DNA of 64,000 bases from a bacterium (lineage in GTDB: Bacteria > UBA8248): the NCBI GenBank assembly GCA_965203325.1, contig OZ241875.1, positions 3,776,001-3,840,000 on the forward strand, read 5' to 3'. Within the stretch, counting starts at the first letter, position 1. Each line of letters starts with the position of its first letter. The notes under the pieces are model-generated. The model saw only the letters and a list, made by a program, of their open reading frames with translations, ran no database searches and was not told the origin of the DNA. A program made the position numbers and the translations under genes. Below, piece by piece: positions 9,370-19,277 of the stretch.

Positions 9370-10707
9370 ATGGAAGAGAGCAGTCCGGCCCACCTGAGTG
9401 CTCGCCGCGCCGCGGAAGCGATACGCGAGGGCGAGTTGACCTCGGAAGCACTCGTCGGGGCGTGTCTGGCCCGCATCGAGGAGTGCGAGGAGCAAATCGG
9501 CGCCTGGGAGCACCTGGATGAGGAATACGCCCTCAGGCAGGCGAGAGAGGCCGACCTCGCCAGAGGGAGAGGGGAGGCGCTCGGTCCATTCCACGGGGTT
9601 CCCGTCGGGATCAAGGACATCATCGACACCGCCGAACTGCCGACCGAGAACGGCTCGCCCCTTCACGCGGGCCGCCGGCCCACCGAGGACGCCGCGCTCG
9701 TGTCCCTGCTCAAGAACGCAGGCGCCGTCATCATGGGGAAAACCGTGACGACGGAGTTCGCCGTCTATCATCCCGGCAAGACGAAGAATCCCCACGATCC
9801 GAACCGCACGCCCGGCGGCTCTTCGAGCGGTTCCGCCGCCGCCGTCGCCTCCCGCATGGTTCCCGCCGCGGTGGGGAGCCAGACGAACGGCTCCGTCATA
9901 CGGCCCGCCTCGTTTTGCGGGGTCTGCGGCTTCAAGCCCACCCACGGATCGATTTCACGCTACGGCATGCTGCCGCAGTCGAGGCCGATCGACCACGTGG
10001 GCCTTTTCGCGCGCTCCGTCGAGGACGTCGCCTTCCTGGGCGATCAGCTGATGGTCTTTGACGCGCGTGACCCGGACATGCGGCATCGCGCGGCCCCGAG
10101 ACTGCTGGAAACCGCCGCCTCGGAGCCTCCGGTGACTCCGCGATTCGCGTTCGTGAAAACGCCGGTCTGGGATCAGGCCGATGAGGACGCGCAGGCAGCG
10201 TTTGAGGAGTTGGCGATAAGTCTGGGCGGGGAGGTTGTGGAGGAAGTCGAACTTCCAGAGCCTTTCAACAACGCTATCGAGTGGCACCAGATCATCCTGG
10301 AATCGAACCTTGCGCGGAACTTCGAGACGGAATACGAACGCGGCAGGGACCAGTTGAGCGATCTTCTGCGCAAAATGATGGAACGCGGCAAGAAATATCT
10401 CGCGGTGGATTACACCCGGGCGGTGGAGAAGGTGCCCGCCCTGAACGGTTTGCTGGGAGAGACGTTCGAGCGGTTCGACGCCATCCTCACACCGCCTGCG
10501 CCGGGGCAGGCGCCGCTGGGGCTGGGCGCGACGGGGAATCCGGTTTTTTGCACCATCTGGACCTTGTGCGGGACGCCGGCCGTGACGCTGCCTCTGCTGG
10601 AGGGCGCGGACGGGATGCCGCTCGGCGTGCAGCTCGTGGGGCCCAGGGGAGACGACGCCAGGCTGCTCCGGACGGCGAGGTGGCTGGAGTCCCGACTCGG
10701 CGGGTAA
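9370..10707 (+). CDS. amidase (amidase-signature family)
   Basis: GIKDIID, GKTVTTEFA, PGGSSSGSAAA, GSQTNGSVIRPAS. Confidence 0.92.
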   Translation: MEESSPAHLSARRAAEAIREGELTSEALVGACLARIEECEEQIGAWEHLDEEYALRQAREADLARGRGEALGPFHGVPVGIKDIIDTAELPTENGSPLHAGRRPTEDAALVSLLKNAGAVIMGKTVTTEFAVYHPGKTKNPHDPNRTPGGSSSGSAAAVASRMVPAAVGSQTNGSVIRPASFCGVCGFKPTHGSISRYGMLPQSRPIDHVGLFARSVEDVAFLGDQLMVFDARDPDMRHRAAPRLLETAASEPPVTPRFAFVKTPVWDQADEDAQAAFEELAISLGGEVVEEVELPEPFNNAIEWHQIILESNLARNFETEYERGRDQLSDLLRKMMERGKKYLAVDYTRAVEKVPALNGLLGETFERFDAILTPPAPGQAPLGLGATGNPVFCTIWTLCGTPAVTLPLLEGADGMPLGVQLVGPRGDDARLLRTARWLESRLGG

Positions 10708-10816
10708 TCTGCCAGAATGTGAACAGCGCCAGGACTATGAGGCTTTCGCGATTGCGCCAGAGGCTCCGACGCGCATCTTGTTTCGACCATAAATCACAAA
10801 GAAGGAGGCTTAGACG

Positions 10817-11716
10817 ATGAGCCGATCCGTCGCTTTTATCGGAACCGGCATCATGGGCAAGCCCATGGTGTTGAACTTGCTGAAAGCAGGCCATTCGGTG
10901 GCCGCCCACAACCGGAGCAAGCCTCCGCTGGAGGAGCTGGGAAAGGCGGGCGCGATTGTTTGCGGCTCCGCAGCAGAAGCGGCCTCGAAAGCTGACTTTA
11001 TCATCACCTGTTTGCCCGATTCGCCGGACGTGGAACTGGTCGCCCTGGGCGAGGGGGGCATCATCGAAGGCGCGGAGGAGGGTTCCCTTTTCATCGACAT
11101 GAGCACCATCGCTCCCGGCGTCTCCAGGAAGGTGGCTCAGGCCTTGGGGGAGAAGGGCGTGCGCATGCTCGATGCCCCCGTGAGCGGAGGCGACGTAGGC
11201 GCCAGGGAGGGCACGCTCTCGATCATGGTGGGCGGCGCGGCGGCGGATTTTGAAGATGCTTTGCCCGTCTTCGAGGCCATGGGCAAGACCATCGTCCACG
11301 TGGGCGAGAACGTGGGAGACGGCGGGTACGTGAAGATCGCGAACCAGATCATGGTGGGCCTGCACATCGCCGCGATGAGCGAGGCGCTGGTGCTGGGCGC
11401 GAAAGCGGGCGTGAATCCCGAAAAAATGATCGCTGCCCTATCCGGCGGTCTTGCGCAGTCCCGCGTGCTGGAACTCCGCGGGCCGAACCTGGTGAGGGGG
11501 GAATACCCGCCGGGCTTCCGGATCCGACTGCACCGGAAGGACTTGCGACTCGCGATGGAGGCGGGGGCGGACCTGGGCGTGGCGATTCCTGCGGCGGGCC
11601 AGCTCTATCAGATGTTCACGGCGCTTCTGGCGACGGACCGGGGGGAGCTGGACCACAGCGGCTTCGCGACGCTCATCGAAGACCTCGCCGGCCACAGGGT
11701 CTGCGATACGGACTAG
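10817..11716 (+). CDS. 2-hydroxy-3-oxopropionate (tartronate semialdehyde) reductase family
   Basis: GTGIMGKPM, DAPVSGG, KIANQI, PGFRIRLHRKDL. Confidence 0.85.
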   Translation: MSRSVAFIGTGIMGKPMVLNLLKAGHSVAAHNRSKPPLEELGKAGAIVCGSAAEAASKADFIITCLPDSPDVELVALGEGGIIEGAEEGSLFIDMSTIAPGVSRKVAQALGEKGVRMLDAPVSGGDVGAREGTLSIMVGGAAADFEDALPVFEAMGKTIVHVGENVGDGGYVKIANQIMVGLHIAAMSEALVLGAKAGVNPEKMIAALSGGLAQSRVLELRGPNLVRGEYPPGFRIRLHRKDLRLAMEAGADLGVAIPAAGQLYQMFTALLATDRGELDHSGFATLIEDLAGHRVCDTD

Positions 11717-11718
11717 CC

Positions 11719-13110
11719 TTACGCGACGACTTCAGGCTCGCCGTCGCCAATCCAGCCGATGGCCGTCATCGAGACTTCCGTACCCGCGACGGGCGATACT
11801 TCCGGTATCTGAATGGCGGTGAAGGCCGGCCTTCGTTTCGGGAAGTATTTCCTGAACAAAGGCTCCAGCGCCGAGAGGTGAGCGATATTCTTAAGGAACA
11901 GCGTCAGGTGCGTCACCCGGCTCATGTCGGCACTGGCTGTTTTCATCGCGCCTTCCATCTGATCGAGAATCGCCAGCCCCTGAAGGACAGCGTTTCTCGT
12001 CGCCGGCGAAGACGCTTTCGGCAGTCTCCGGCGTAGCGCTCCCTTGAGCTCGCTTCTCTTGCTGATCGGCTCGCCGTCTCCGTTCAGGCCCACGAGGTTC
12101 GATAGGAACAACACGCCGCCCGCCGCGATGCCCAGGCTCATCTGAGCGCCTGCTCCATCTTCGCCGCGAATCACCTCGCGCTTGATCTTGCTTTTATCCA
12201 TCAGCGCCGTGGGCTCGATTTCGATTTTCTCCCCCTTGTGGCCGACTTCCGCCACCTGCATCACCGTGAGGGCGGGCGGGTCGTTTGGGAAAAACCGCTC
12301 GTGGACTCGGTGGAAGGTGGGGAAATCGCGCATGTCCCCGAGATATACGGTCAGGTTCAGGATGTTTTCGAGCGAGGAACCGGAACCCTCCAGATGCTTG
12401 CGGATGAGGTCGTAGACGAACCAAGTCTGCGCGGCGATGGGGCCGTTCCTGCTGTCCTCATGGCTCTGGCCGACGGAGAGGAATCTCCCCCTTTTCGGAA
12501 TGTCGGGGTAGTTGCGGATGAGGGGGGAGCCGGGTTTCGAGGTATCGGTCGGAATCTGGCCGGCGACGAAAAGATACGGCCCCGCTCCCACGACATGGGA
12601 GAAATGAGCGGCGGCCGAATGTGCCTTGGAGCCTTCATGCTTCTTCCTTTGCCCCAGAGTTTTCGCCGCCTTGGGGTTCAGGGCGATGGCGTCGATGTTG
12701 AATCGCACGGTAAGTTCCGGGTCGAACGCGCCCATGCCCACGGCGGTGCTCGGCGTGGGCACTTTCGGCTCGTAGTGACGCCTGATGCTGTCGAAGACCG
12801 GGAAAAAGCGCTTGTCGAGCTGATAGAGATGGAACCTGAGCAGGTTTTCCAGTCCCCCGCCGTTCGTTTCGAGCGTTTCTCCCACGCCCTCATAGGTGGC
12901 GACGGCCTGTGCGCCGATGGGCGCTTCGATCTTGTCGACCCAGGGGTAGTTCTTCGTCCGCGCGGGTCCTTTATCCCCGATTTCGGCGTATTTCGTGCAG
13001 ATGTTCCCCGTTTTCGGGTGCATCCCCATCTGCCCGCTGAAGAACAGGAATGGCCCGCCCGAAACGCAACGGGGCCACTTGGCATGGTCTGCAAAGAATT
13101 TTCTGGACAT
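11719..13110 (-). CDS. multi-domain Rid (YjgF/UK114) family protein, three tandem domains
   Basis: Three repeats of Rid-like strands (FLFFSGQ, YLFVAGQ, VLFLSNL), each followed by a start/turn and P-x-x-T segment. Confidence 0.75.
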   Translation of the reverse strand: MSRKFFADHAKWPRCVSGGPFLFFSGQMGMHPKTGNICTKYAEIGDKGPARTKNYPWVDKIEAPIGAQAVATYEGVGETLETNGGGLENLLRFHLYQLDKRFFPVFDSIRRHYEPKVPTPSTAVGMGAFDPELTVRFNIDAIALNPKAAKTLGQRKKHEGSKAHSAAAHFSHVVGAGPYLFVAGQIPTDTSKPGSPLIRNYPDIPKRGRFLSVGQSHEDSRNGPIAAQTWFVYDLIRKHLEGSGSSLENILNLTVYLGDMRDFPTFHRVHERFFPNDPPALTVMQVAEVGHKGEKIEIEPTALMDKSKIKREVIRGEDGAGAQMSLGIAAGGVLFLSNLVGLNGDGEPISKRSELKGALRRRLPKASSPATRNAVLQGLAILDQMEGAMKTASADMSRVTHLTLFLKNIAHLSALEPLFRKYFPKRRPAFTAIQIPEVSPVAGTEVSMTAIGWIGDGEPEVVA

Positions 13111-15438
13111 TTACGCCTCTATGAAGGATGGGGGTTGAAATGCCGTGATCTCGGGAAGTTCTTCCTCGTAGCGCTCCATCTCCACCAGCGCGCTGTGCGC
13201 GCTCGGGCCCTGGCCGAGGCTGGAGGTTCCCTTGTCGGGCGTCAGTACGTTGGGGTTGCCGTGCTTGTCGAGCGCCCCGATTTTCCCCGGCTCCAGCGGG
13301 TCGTACCAGGCGCCCGTGGAGAGCTGGATCACACCCGGCAGCAGCCCCTCGGTGATGACGGCGCCCGCTAAAATCGCGCCGCGCTCGTTGAAGATTCGCA
13401 CCACGTCTCCGTCTCGAATCTCCCGCGCGGCGGCGTCTTCGGGATGAATCCACACCGGTTCCCTGCCCTGAATCTTGCTCTTGATGCTGGTGGATCCGCT
13501 GTCCATCTGGCCGTGGAGTCTCGTGCGCGGCTGGTTCGAGATGAGGTGCAGCGGGAATTTATTCGCCAGTCCGCTTCCCAGCCATTCTACGGGTTCGAGC
13601 CAGGCGGGGTGGGGCGGGCAGTCTGCGTAGCCGAAGCTCGCGATGCGCTCGGAATATATCTCGATTTTCCCCGAAGGCGTTTTGAGCGGATTTTTCTCAG
13701 GGTCTTCTCTGAAATCGGCCAGATAGACGTGCGGCGTCTCCGGCGGGGCGACTTCGGTGTGCCCGGTTTCCCAGAAATGCTCGAACGTGTCGAGAACCAC
13801 GCCCTGAGCAGCGGCTTTCCGGCGCGCCTCCTCGTAGATGTGCCGGAGCCATTCCGTCTCGTCGCGGTCTTCGGTGAAGGCGCTCTTAAAGCCGAGGCGC
13901 CCGGCCAGTTCCGAGAAGATATCGAAATCGTGTCGTGCGTCGCCCACCGGCTCGATCACCTTGTGCATGGCGAGGATGAAGCGATCCCTCGAACTCGAGC
14001 CGATGTCGTTGCGCTCGAGCGTGGTGGTGGCGGGCAGCACGATGTCCGCATGGCGCACCGTGGACGTCCACCAGGGGTCGTGGACGACGATGGTTTCGGG
14101 CCGCCGCCACGCCTTCACCAGCCGGTTCAAATCCTGATGGTGGTGGAATGGATTGCCGCCGCACCAGTACACCATGCGGATGTCCGGGTAGGTGCGGCGC
14201 TCACCGTTGAAGTCGTATTGCTCGTTCGGCTGAAGCAACATGTCCGCGATGCGGGCGACGGGAATGAAGCTGCCGGTCGGGTTTTTCCCGAAATTCATTC
14301 TGACGGAGGGGATGTTCTCACGCGGTTCGCCGCGCCCGCCCATGCTCCCGTAGCCGAAGCCGAAGCCGCCGCCGGGCAGGCCGATTTGCCCGAGCATGGC
14401 GGCGAGCGTGATGGTCATCCAGAACGTCTGTTCGCCGTGATCCCCGCGCTGGAGCGACCAGTTCGTGTTGAGCATGGTTCTTGTGCCCGCCATGCGCCGC
14501 GCGAGGTTTCGGATGACGTCCGCCCCGATCCCCGTGATGGGAGCCGCCCAGTCCGCGTTCTTGGGTCTCCCGTCGGTTTCGCCCGCCAGGTAGGCTTCGA
14601 ACTTCTCGAAACCGACGCAATAGCGCGCGAGAAATTCCTTATCGTGCAGATTCTCCTCCCAAAGCGTGTGGGCGAGGCCGAGCATGAGCGCCACGTCCGT
14701 ATTGGGCCGCACGGCGAGCCACTGCGCGTCCAGAAAATCGGGCGCATCGTCTTTCAGGGGGCTTACGTTCACGAATTCCACCCCGTTCGCCTTCGCCCTT
14801 TCCAGCCATAGCTCCAGGGAGTGTTCTCCCGCGCCTCCCGCCGCCACCTGCGCGTTCTTGACGGGAACGCCGCCGAACATGACGAACAGCCTGGTGTCTT
14901 GCGCGATGCTGTCCCAGGTCGTGATGTGTCCGGCGCAGGAGATAAAATCCCCCATGACGTGGGGGAGGATGACGTACCCGGCGGCGATGCTGTAGGTGGT
15001 CACATGATCCGTGAAGCCGCCGTAGCAGTTGAAAAACCTTTTCACCAGAGTGTTCGCATGGTGGAAGCGGCCCGCGCTCGCCCAGCCGTATGAACCGGCG
15101 AAGATGGATTCGTTGCCGTGTTCGGTCTTGATGCGCTCTATCTCGTCAGCGACCAATCCGAGGGCCGTCTCCCAGGAGACGGGCACGAAGGGTTCGCCGC
15201 CGCGTCCTTCGGTGTTTTTCCCGGGGCCGTGCTCGAGCCAGCCCGCGCGGATCATCGGCCGGGAAATGCGGGTTTCATCATAAATGGCGTCCTGGATGGA
15301 CTCCAGGATGGGGGAGGGCGCCGGGTCCTTGGCGAAAGGTTCGAAACCCACCATGCGGCCATCGCGCACGTGCGCCCGGAATGCGCCCCAGTGGGAGCTG
15401 TGGTGACGTTTTTCAATTCCACGTTGCCCGTCGGGCAT
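13111..15438 (-). CDS. molybdopterin S/N-oxide reductase (BisC/TorA/DorA type), no Tat signal
   Basis: HSSHWGAF, YGWASAG, TYSIAA (Ser ligand), GGNPFHH, DIVLPATT, GNPNVLT; GGAGG RBS before 15438. Confidence 0.9.
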   Translation of the reverse strand: MPDGQRGIEKRHHSSHWGAFRAHVRDGRMVGFEPFAKDPAPSPILESIQDAIYDETRISRPMIRAGWLEHGPGKNTEGRGGEPFVPVSWETALGLVADEIERIKTEHGNESIFAGSYGWASAGRFHHANTLVKRFFNCYGGFTDHVTTYSIAAGYVILPHVMGDFISCAGHITTWDSIAQDTRLFVMFGGVPVKNAQVAAGGAGEHSLELWLERAKANGVEFVNVSPLKDDAPDFLDAQWLAVRPNTDVALMLGLAHTLWEENLHDKEFLARYCVGFEKFEAYLAGETDGRPKNADWAAPITGIGADVIRNLARRMAGTRTMLNTNWSLQRGDHGEQTFWMTITLAAMLGQIGLPGGGFGFGYGSMGGRGEPRENIPSVRMNFGKNPTGSFIPVARIADMLLQPNEQYDFNGERRTYPDIRMVYWCGGNPFHHHQDLNRLVKAWRRPETIVVHDPWWTSTVRHADIVLPATTTLERNDIGSSSRDRFILAMHKVIEPVGDARHDFDIFSELAGRLGFKSAFTEDRDETEWLRHIYEEARRKAAAQGVVLDTFEHFWETGHTEVAPPETPHVYLADFREDPEKNPLKTPSGKIEIYSERIASFGYADCPPHPAWLEPVEWLGSGLANKFPLHLISNQPRTRLHGQMDSGSTSIKSKIQGREPVWIHPEDAAAREIRDGDVVRIFNERGAILAGAVITEGLLPGVIQLSTGAWYDPLEPGKIGALDKHGNPNVLTPDKGTSSLGQGPSAHSALVEMERYEEELPEITAFQPPSFIEA

Positions 15439-15620
15439 CAGATGATTTCCTCCACGAATCTGAGTCGAACCCATGATTTGGCGGAGTATATCACGAGTGG
15501 GAGCGAAGTCCCTCCGCTCTGGCGCTTCCTGCGTCCAAAACAGGTTATGGGATGATTTTAGGGCCGGAATGTGCCATTGTTCCACCTTCTGGGTTCAATT
15601 TTTCTCATCTGGAGACGCTC

Positions 15621-16106
15621 ATGGATGTGCTCACGCGAATGGCCGGTGAAATCGGGCAATTGCTGAAGGACAACGGACAAACGGTCGCCGTTTCGGAAAC
15701 GTCCGCCGGCGGCCTGGTGTCGGCCGCTCTGCTCGCCGTTCCGGGGGCTTCCGCCTACTACATGGGCGGCGGGGTGCTCTACACCTACGATTCGAGGAGC
15801 ATCCTGCTCGGCTTGCCCGAGGACGCCTTCGAGGGAATGCGGCCGAGCACGGAGCCCTACGCGGCGAAGCTGGCCACGGCGATCAAGGACAGGCTGGGGT
15901 CGACATGGGGCGTTTCCGAAACCGGGGCGGCCGGCCCTGCCGGCAACAGATACGGGGACGCGCCGGGGCATTCGTGCATGGCGGTTTCCGGCCCGGTGGA
16001 GGAGGTGATGACGCTGGAGACGGGCAGCGCGGACAGGGAGGCGAATATGTGGGCGTTCGCCGAGGCGGCGCTCGGCCTGCTCAAAGAGGCAATCGAACAA
16101 AGCTAA
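15621..16106 (+). CDS. CinA C-terminal / PncC family protein
   Basis: AVSETSAGGLVSAAL, VPGASAYY, SETGAAGP. Confidence 0.88.
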   Translation: MDVLTRMAGEIGQLLKDNGQTVAVSETSAGGLVSAALLAVPGASAYYMGGGVLYTYDSRSILLGLPEDAFEGMRPSTEPYAAKLATAIKDRLGSTWGVSETGAAGPAGNRYGDAPGHSCMAVSGPVEEVMTLETGSADREANMWAFAEAALGLLKEAIEQS

Positions 16107-16125
16107 CCATATGGAGAGATACGTT

Positions 16126-17112
16126 ATGTTTCGTGCTCTGGTTTTGGAAGAAGATGACGGGAAGGTCAGTTCATCCGTTCAGGAACTCGACGAGGCGAGC
16201 CTGCCGGACGGCGACGTGACGGTCGCTATCGATTATTCGACGCTCAACTACAAGGACGGGATGATCCTGAAGGGCATCGGACGTCTGGTGCGCAATTATC
16301 CTCACGTACCGGGCATTGATTTCTCGGGCACGGTGGAGGAGAGCGCGCACGCAGGTTACAGCCCTGGCGACAAGGTGATTCTCACCGGCTGGCGGGTCGG
16401 CGAGGCGCACTGGGGCGGATACGCCCAAAAGGCGCGCGTGAAGGGGGATTGGCTGGTTCACCTGCCGGAAAATATGTCCACGAGGCAGGCGATGGCGCTC
16501 GGCACGGCCGGCTTCACGGCCATGCTCTCCGTTCAGGCGCTCGAAGACCACGGCCTGGGCGTCGAAGACGGGGAAGTTCTGGTAACAGGCGCCGCAGGCG
16601 GGGTGGGTTCCGTTGCGGTGGCCGTTCTCGCGAATCTGGGTTATTCCGTCACCGCGTCGACGGGGAGAGAGGAAACCCACGCTTATCTCGAATCACTCGG
16701 CGCTTCCGCCATCATCGCGCGGAGCGAACTCGCCGAACCCACGAAACGCCCGCTCGAGAGCGAACGCTGGGCGGGTTGCATCGATTCGGTGGGCGGCACG
16801 ACGCTCGGACGCCTGCTGACGCAGATGAAACACCGAAGTTCCGTGGCGGCGGTGGGTCTGGCGGGCGGGAGCGCCCTCGAGACGACGGTGATCCCGTTCC
16901 TTCTGCGGGGTGTAAACCTGCTGGGTATCGATTCCGTCATGTGCCCCTTCGAGCCTCGTCAAAAGGCGTGGACGCGGCTTGCGGAGGAGATGCCGATGGA
17001 CAAGCTCGAATCCATGAGCACCCAGGCGTCGCTTTCCGATCTGGCCGGACTGAGCGGCGATATCCTGAAAGGGCAGGTGAAGGGTCGCGTGGTCGTGGAC
17101 GTGAACGCCTAG
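16126..17112 (+). CDS. acuI: YhdH/AcuI family NADPH oxidoreductase (acryloyl-CoA reductase-like)
   Basis: YSTLNYKD, VPGIDFSG, GTAGFTAM, TGAAGGVGS, PFLLRGVNLLGIDSV. Confidence 0.85.
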   Translation: MFRALVLEEDDGKVSSSVQELDEASLPDGDVTVAIDYSTLNYKDGMILKGIGRLVRNYPHVPGIDFSGTVEESAHAGYSPGDKVILTGWRVGEAHWGGYAQKARVKGDWLVHLPENMSTRQAMALGTAGFTAMLSVQALEDHGLGVEDGEVLVTGAAGGVGSVAVAVLANLGYSVTASTGREETHAYLESLGASAIIARSELAEPTKRPLESERWAGCIDSVGGTTLGRLLTQMKHRSSVAAVGLAGGSALETTVIPFLLRGVNLLGIDSVMCPFEPRQKAWTRLAEEMPMDKLESMSTQASLSDLAGLSGDILKGQVKGRVVVDVNA

Positions 17113-17561
17113 GCGTTTCGTTTTTTCGTCAACTCGCGGTCTAAGGCCGCAGCGAACTTGTGGCGGTCCGCGGTGGCCATGGGAGGCGGGCCGCCCTGGA
17201 CGAGGCCGCCCGAGCGCATATCCATCATGAAGTTTCTCAAAGACAGCCGCTCGCCCACGTTTTCTTCGGTATAAACCTCACCGCGCGGGTCGATGCCCAA
17301 AGCGCCTTTTTCGACCGCTTTCGCCGCGAAGGGAACATCCGCGGTGATGACGAAATCGCCCGGGCTCAGGTTCTCGGTGATGTATTCATCGGCTACGTCC
17401 GCTCCGCCGGGGACCTGAATCGTGGAGACGGAAGGGATGTCCGGCGGCCGCAGCTTCATGTTGGCGACCAGAACTGTTGGAATATCAAGTCGCTCGGCGG
17501 TTTTGTAGAGAATCTCCTTGATATCTTGCGGACATGCGTCGGCATCCACCCAGATTTTCAT
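17109..17561 (-). CDS. YaiI/YqxD family protein
   Basis: KIWVDADACP, VITADVP, DPRGEVYT. Confidence 0.92.
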   Translation of the reverse strand: MKIWVDADACPQDIKEILYKTAERLDIPTVLVANMKLRPPDIPSVSTIQVPGGADVADEYITENLSPGDFVITADVPFAAKAVEKGALGIDPRGEVYTEENVGERLSLRNFMMDMRSGGLVQGGPPPMATADRHKFAAALDRELTKKRNA

Positions 17562-17679
17562 GCGTTCTCCCTCTCATCGCCCTTAATCACGGCGACTTCT
17601 TTTAGTATGATGCTTTTTATTCGGGATGCCCAATGGGCCAGACGCAAGTGAAGGGCATTTTTGCGCGGAGGGAGAAGAG

Positions 17680-17895
17680 ATGGCGGAACCGCAAGAGGGT
17701 CAAGCGAAAATAGCGGCGCGAATCGCAGATATGGCCGCTGCCGTCTTCGGCGTGCCCCGGGATGAACTCGGCCTCAAGACGGCGGATGATTGCGCACAGA
17801 TGCTCCAGATTCTCTCAGGCACACCCGTTGAGTCCACCGATGAGCCGTTCCTCCCCCCGCTCGAAAACTGCAAGTCCGATGAGGGTGCGGAATGA
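17680..17895 (+). CDS. small hypothetical protein, possible AtzG/GatC-like amidase partner
   Basis: GGAG RBS; ATGA overlap with downstream amidase; C-terminal DEP motif. Confidence 0.55.
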   Translation: MAEPQEGQAKIAARIADMAAAVFGVPRDELGLKTADDCAQMLQILSGTPVESTDEPFLPPLENCKSDEGAE

Positions 17896-19235
17896 GTGAA
17901 CACTGGCGCCTTTCGTTGAGCGAGGGTTTAAGCAAGTTGGAAGAGGGCTCTCTCGCCGCGGCGGAGTGGGTGCGTTCTTTGCTGTCCCGCATCGATGCGT
18001 GTGAGGAGCAGGTGAAGGCCTGGGTGCAGGTGGACGCAGAGGGCGCGCTCGAGGCGGCGAAGGCGGTGGATGACGCCAGAAGCGCCGGTGAGGAATTGGG
18101 TCCCCTGGCGGGCGCGCCGTATGCGGCCAAGGATATTTTCGGCGTCCGGGGCCTCAAGATGGAAGCCGGAACGCATATCTTCAAGGGACGCACGGCTGAG
18201 GAGGACGCCGCCTGCGTGGCGCGCGTGCGAGATGCCGGCGCGGTCTCCATGGGCAAGGCGGTGACGACGCCTTTCGCGCAGGGAGACCCCTCCATCACCC
18301 GCAACCCCTGGAACACCGAACGAAGCCCGGGCGGGTCGAGCAGCGGCTCCGCCGCCGCGGTGGGCGCGGGCATGGTACCCGCCGCGTTCGGCAGCCAGAC
18401 GACGGGCTCCACGCTTCGCCCCGCCGCGTATTGCGGCGTACCGGGCCTGAAACCCACCTATGGACGCATTCCCAGGACGGGCGTGATGAGCGTTTCGTGG
18501 AATTTCGATCATTTGGGAATCATCGCGCGCACGGTCGAGGACATCGCGATAATCATGGAGGTAGTGTCAGGCCCCGATGGCGCGGATCACAGCGCGGTGA
18601 ACGCCCCGCCGCCCGCCGCGAACCAGACGCCCCGAAAGCCGGAGAAAATCGCGTATCTCAAGCATCTACTCGATCTGGCGAGCGAGGAAGTGGCCGAGTG
18701 GACCGAGCGGACCGTAGCTCAAGTAAAATCAAAGGGTATCGAAGTCGAGGAGGTGGAACTGCCTCTCAGCATGGATGAGATAAACGCGGCGCATTTCATC
18801 GGCCGGTGCGTGGATCTGGCTTCCTGCCATCAGGATTTGTACGAGGCGCACAGGGATGATCTCCCGCCTTTCGTGCGCAGGAGCATGACGATCGGCTATA
18901 TGACGCCTGCCGTCCATTACGTGAAGGCGATGCGCGTTCGTGCGAATTTCACCCGGAAAATGGACGATCTGATGGAGCGCTACGATCTGTTCATGCTGCC
19001 GAGTTTCGATTCGGCGCCGCCGCCGTGGGCGGAATCCACCGGCGGGCCGGCCTTTTTGCAGCCGCTCACCTTCTCGGGGCAGCCCGCGATCACGCTGCCC
19101 CTGGGACGCGGGAACATGAACCTTCCCCTGGGGATACAGTTCGGCGCGATACGCTGCGGCGAGGAGAAGCTCCTTGCGACCGCGAGGTGGTTCGAGGACG
19201 AGATGGGCTGGATGGCGGAGTTTCCCGAATTTTAG
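17892..19235 (+). CDS. amidase (amidase-signature family)
   Basis: AAKDIF, GKAVTTPFA, PGGSSSGSAAA, GSQTTGSTLRPAA. Confidence 0.92.
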   Translation: MSEHWRLSLSEGLSKLEEGSLAAAEWVRSLLSRIDACEEQVKAWVQVDAEGALEAAKAVDDARSAGEELGPLAGAPYAAKDIFGVRGLKMEAGTHIFKGRTAEEDAACVARVRDAGAVSMGKAVTTPFAQGDPSITRNPWNTERSPGGSSSGSAAAVGAGMVPAAFGSQTTGSTLRPAAYCGVPGLKPTYGRIPRTGVMSVSWNFDHLGIIARTVEDIAIIMEVVSGPDGADHSAVNAPPPAANQTPRKPEKIAYLKHLLDLASEEVAEWTERTVAQVKSKGIEVEEVELPLSMDEINAAHFIGRCVDLASCHQDLYEAHRDDLPPFVRRSMTIGYMTPAVHYVKAMRVRANFTRKMDDLMERYDLFMLPSFDSAPPPWAESTGGPAFLQPLTFSGQPAITLPLGRGNMNLPLGIQFGAIRCGEEKLLATARWFEDEMGWMAEFPEF

Positions 19236-19277
19236 AACGGCATATATTCTTGATTTCTTGACATAGAGGGGCCTGAA

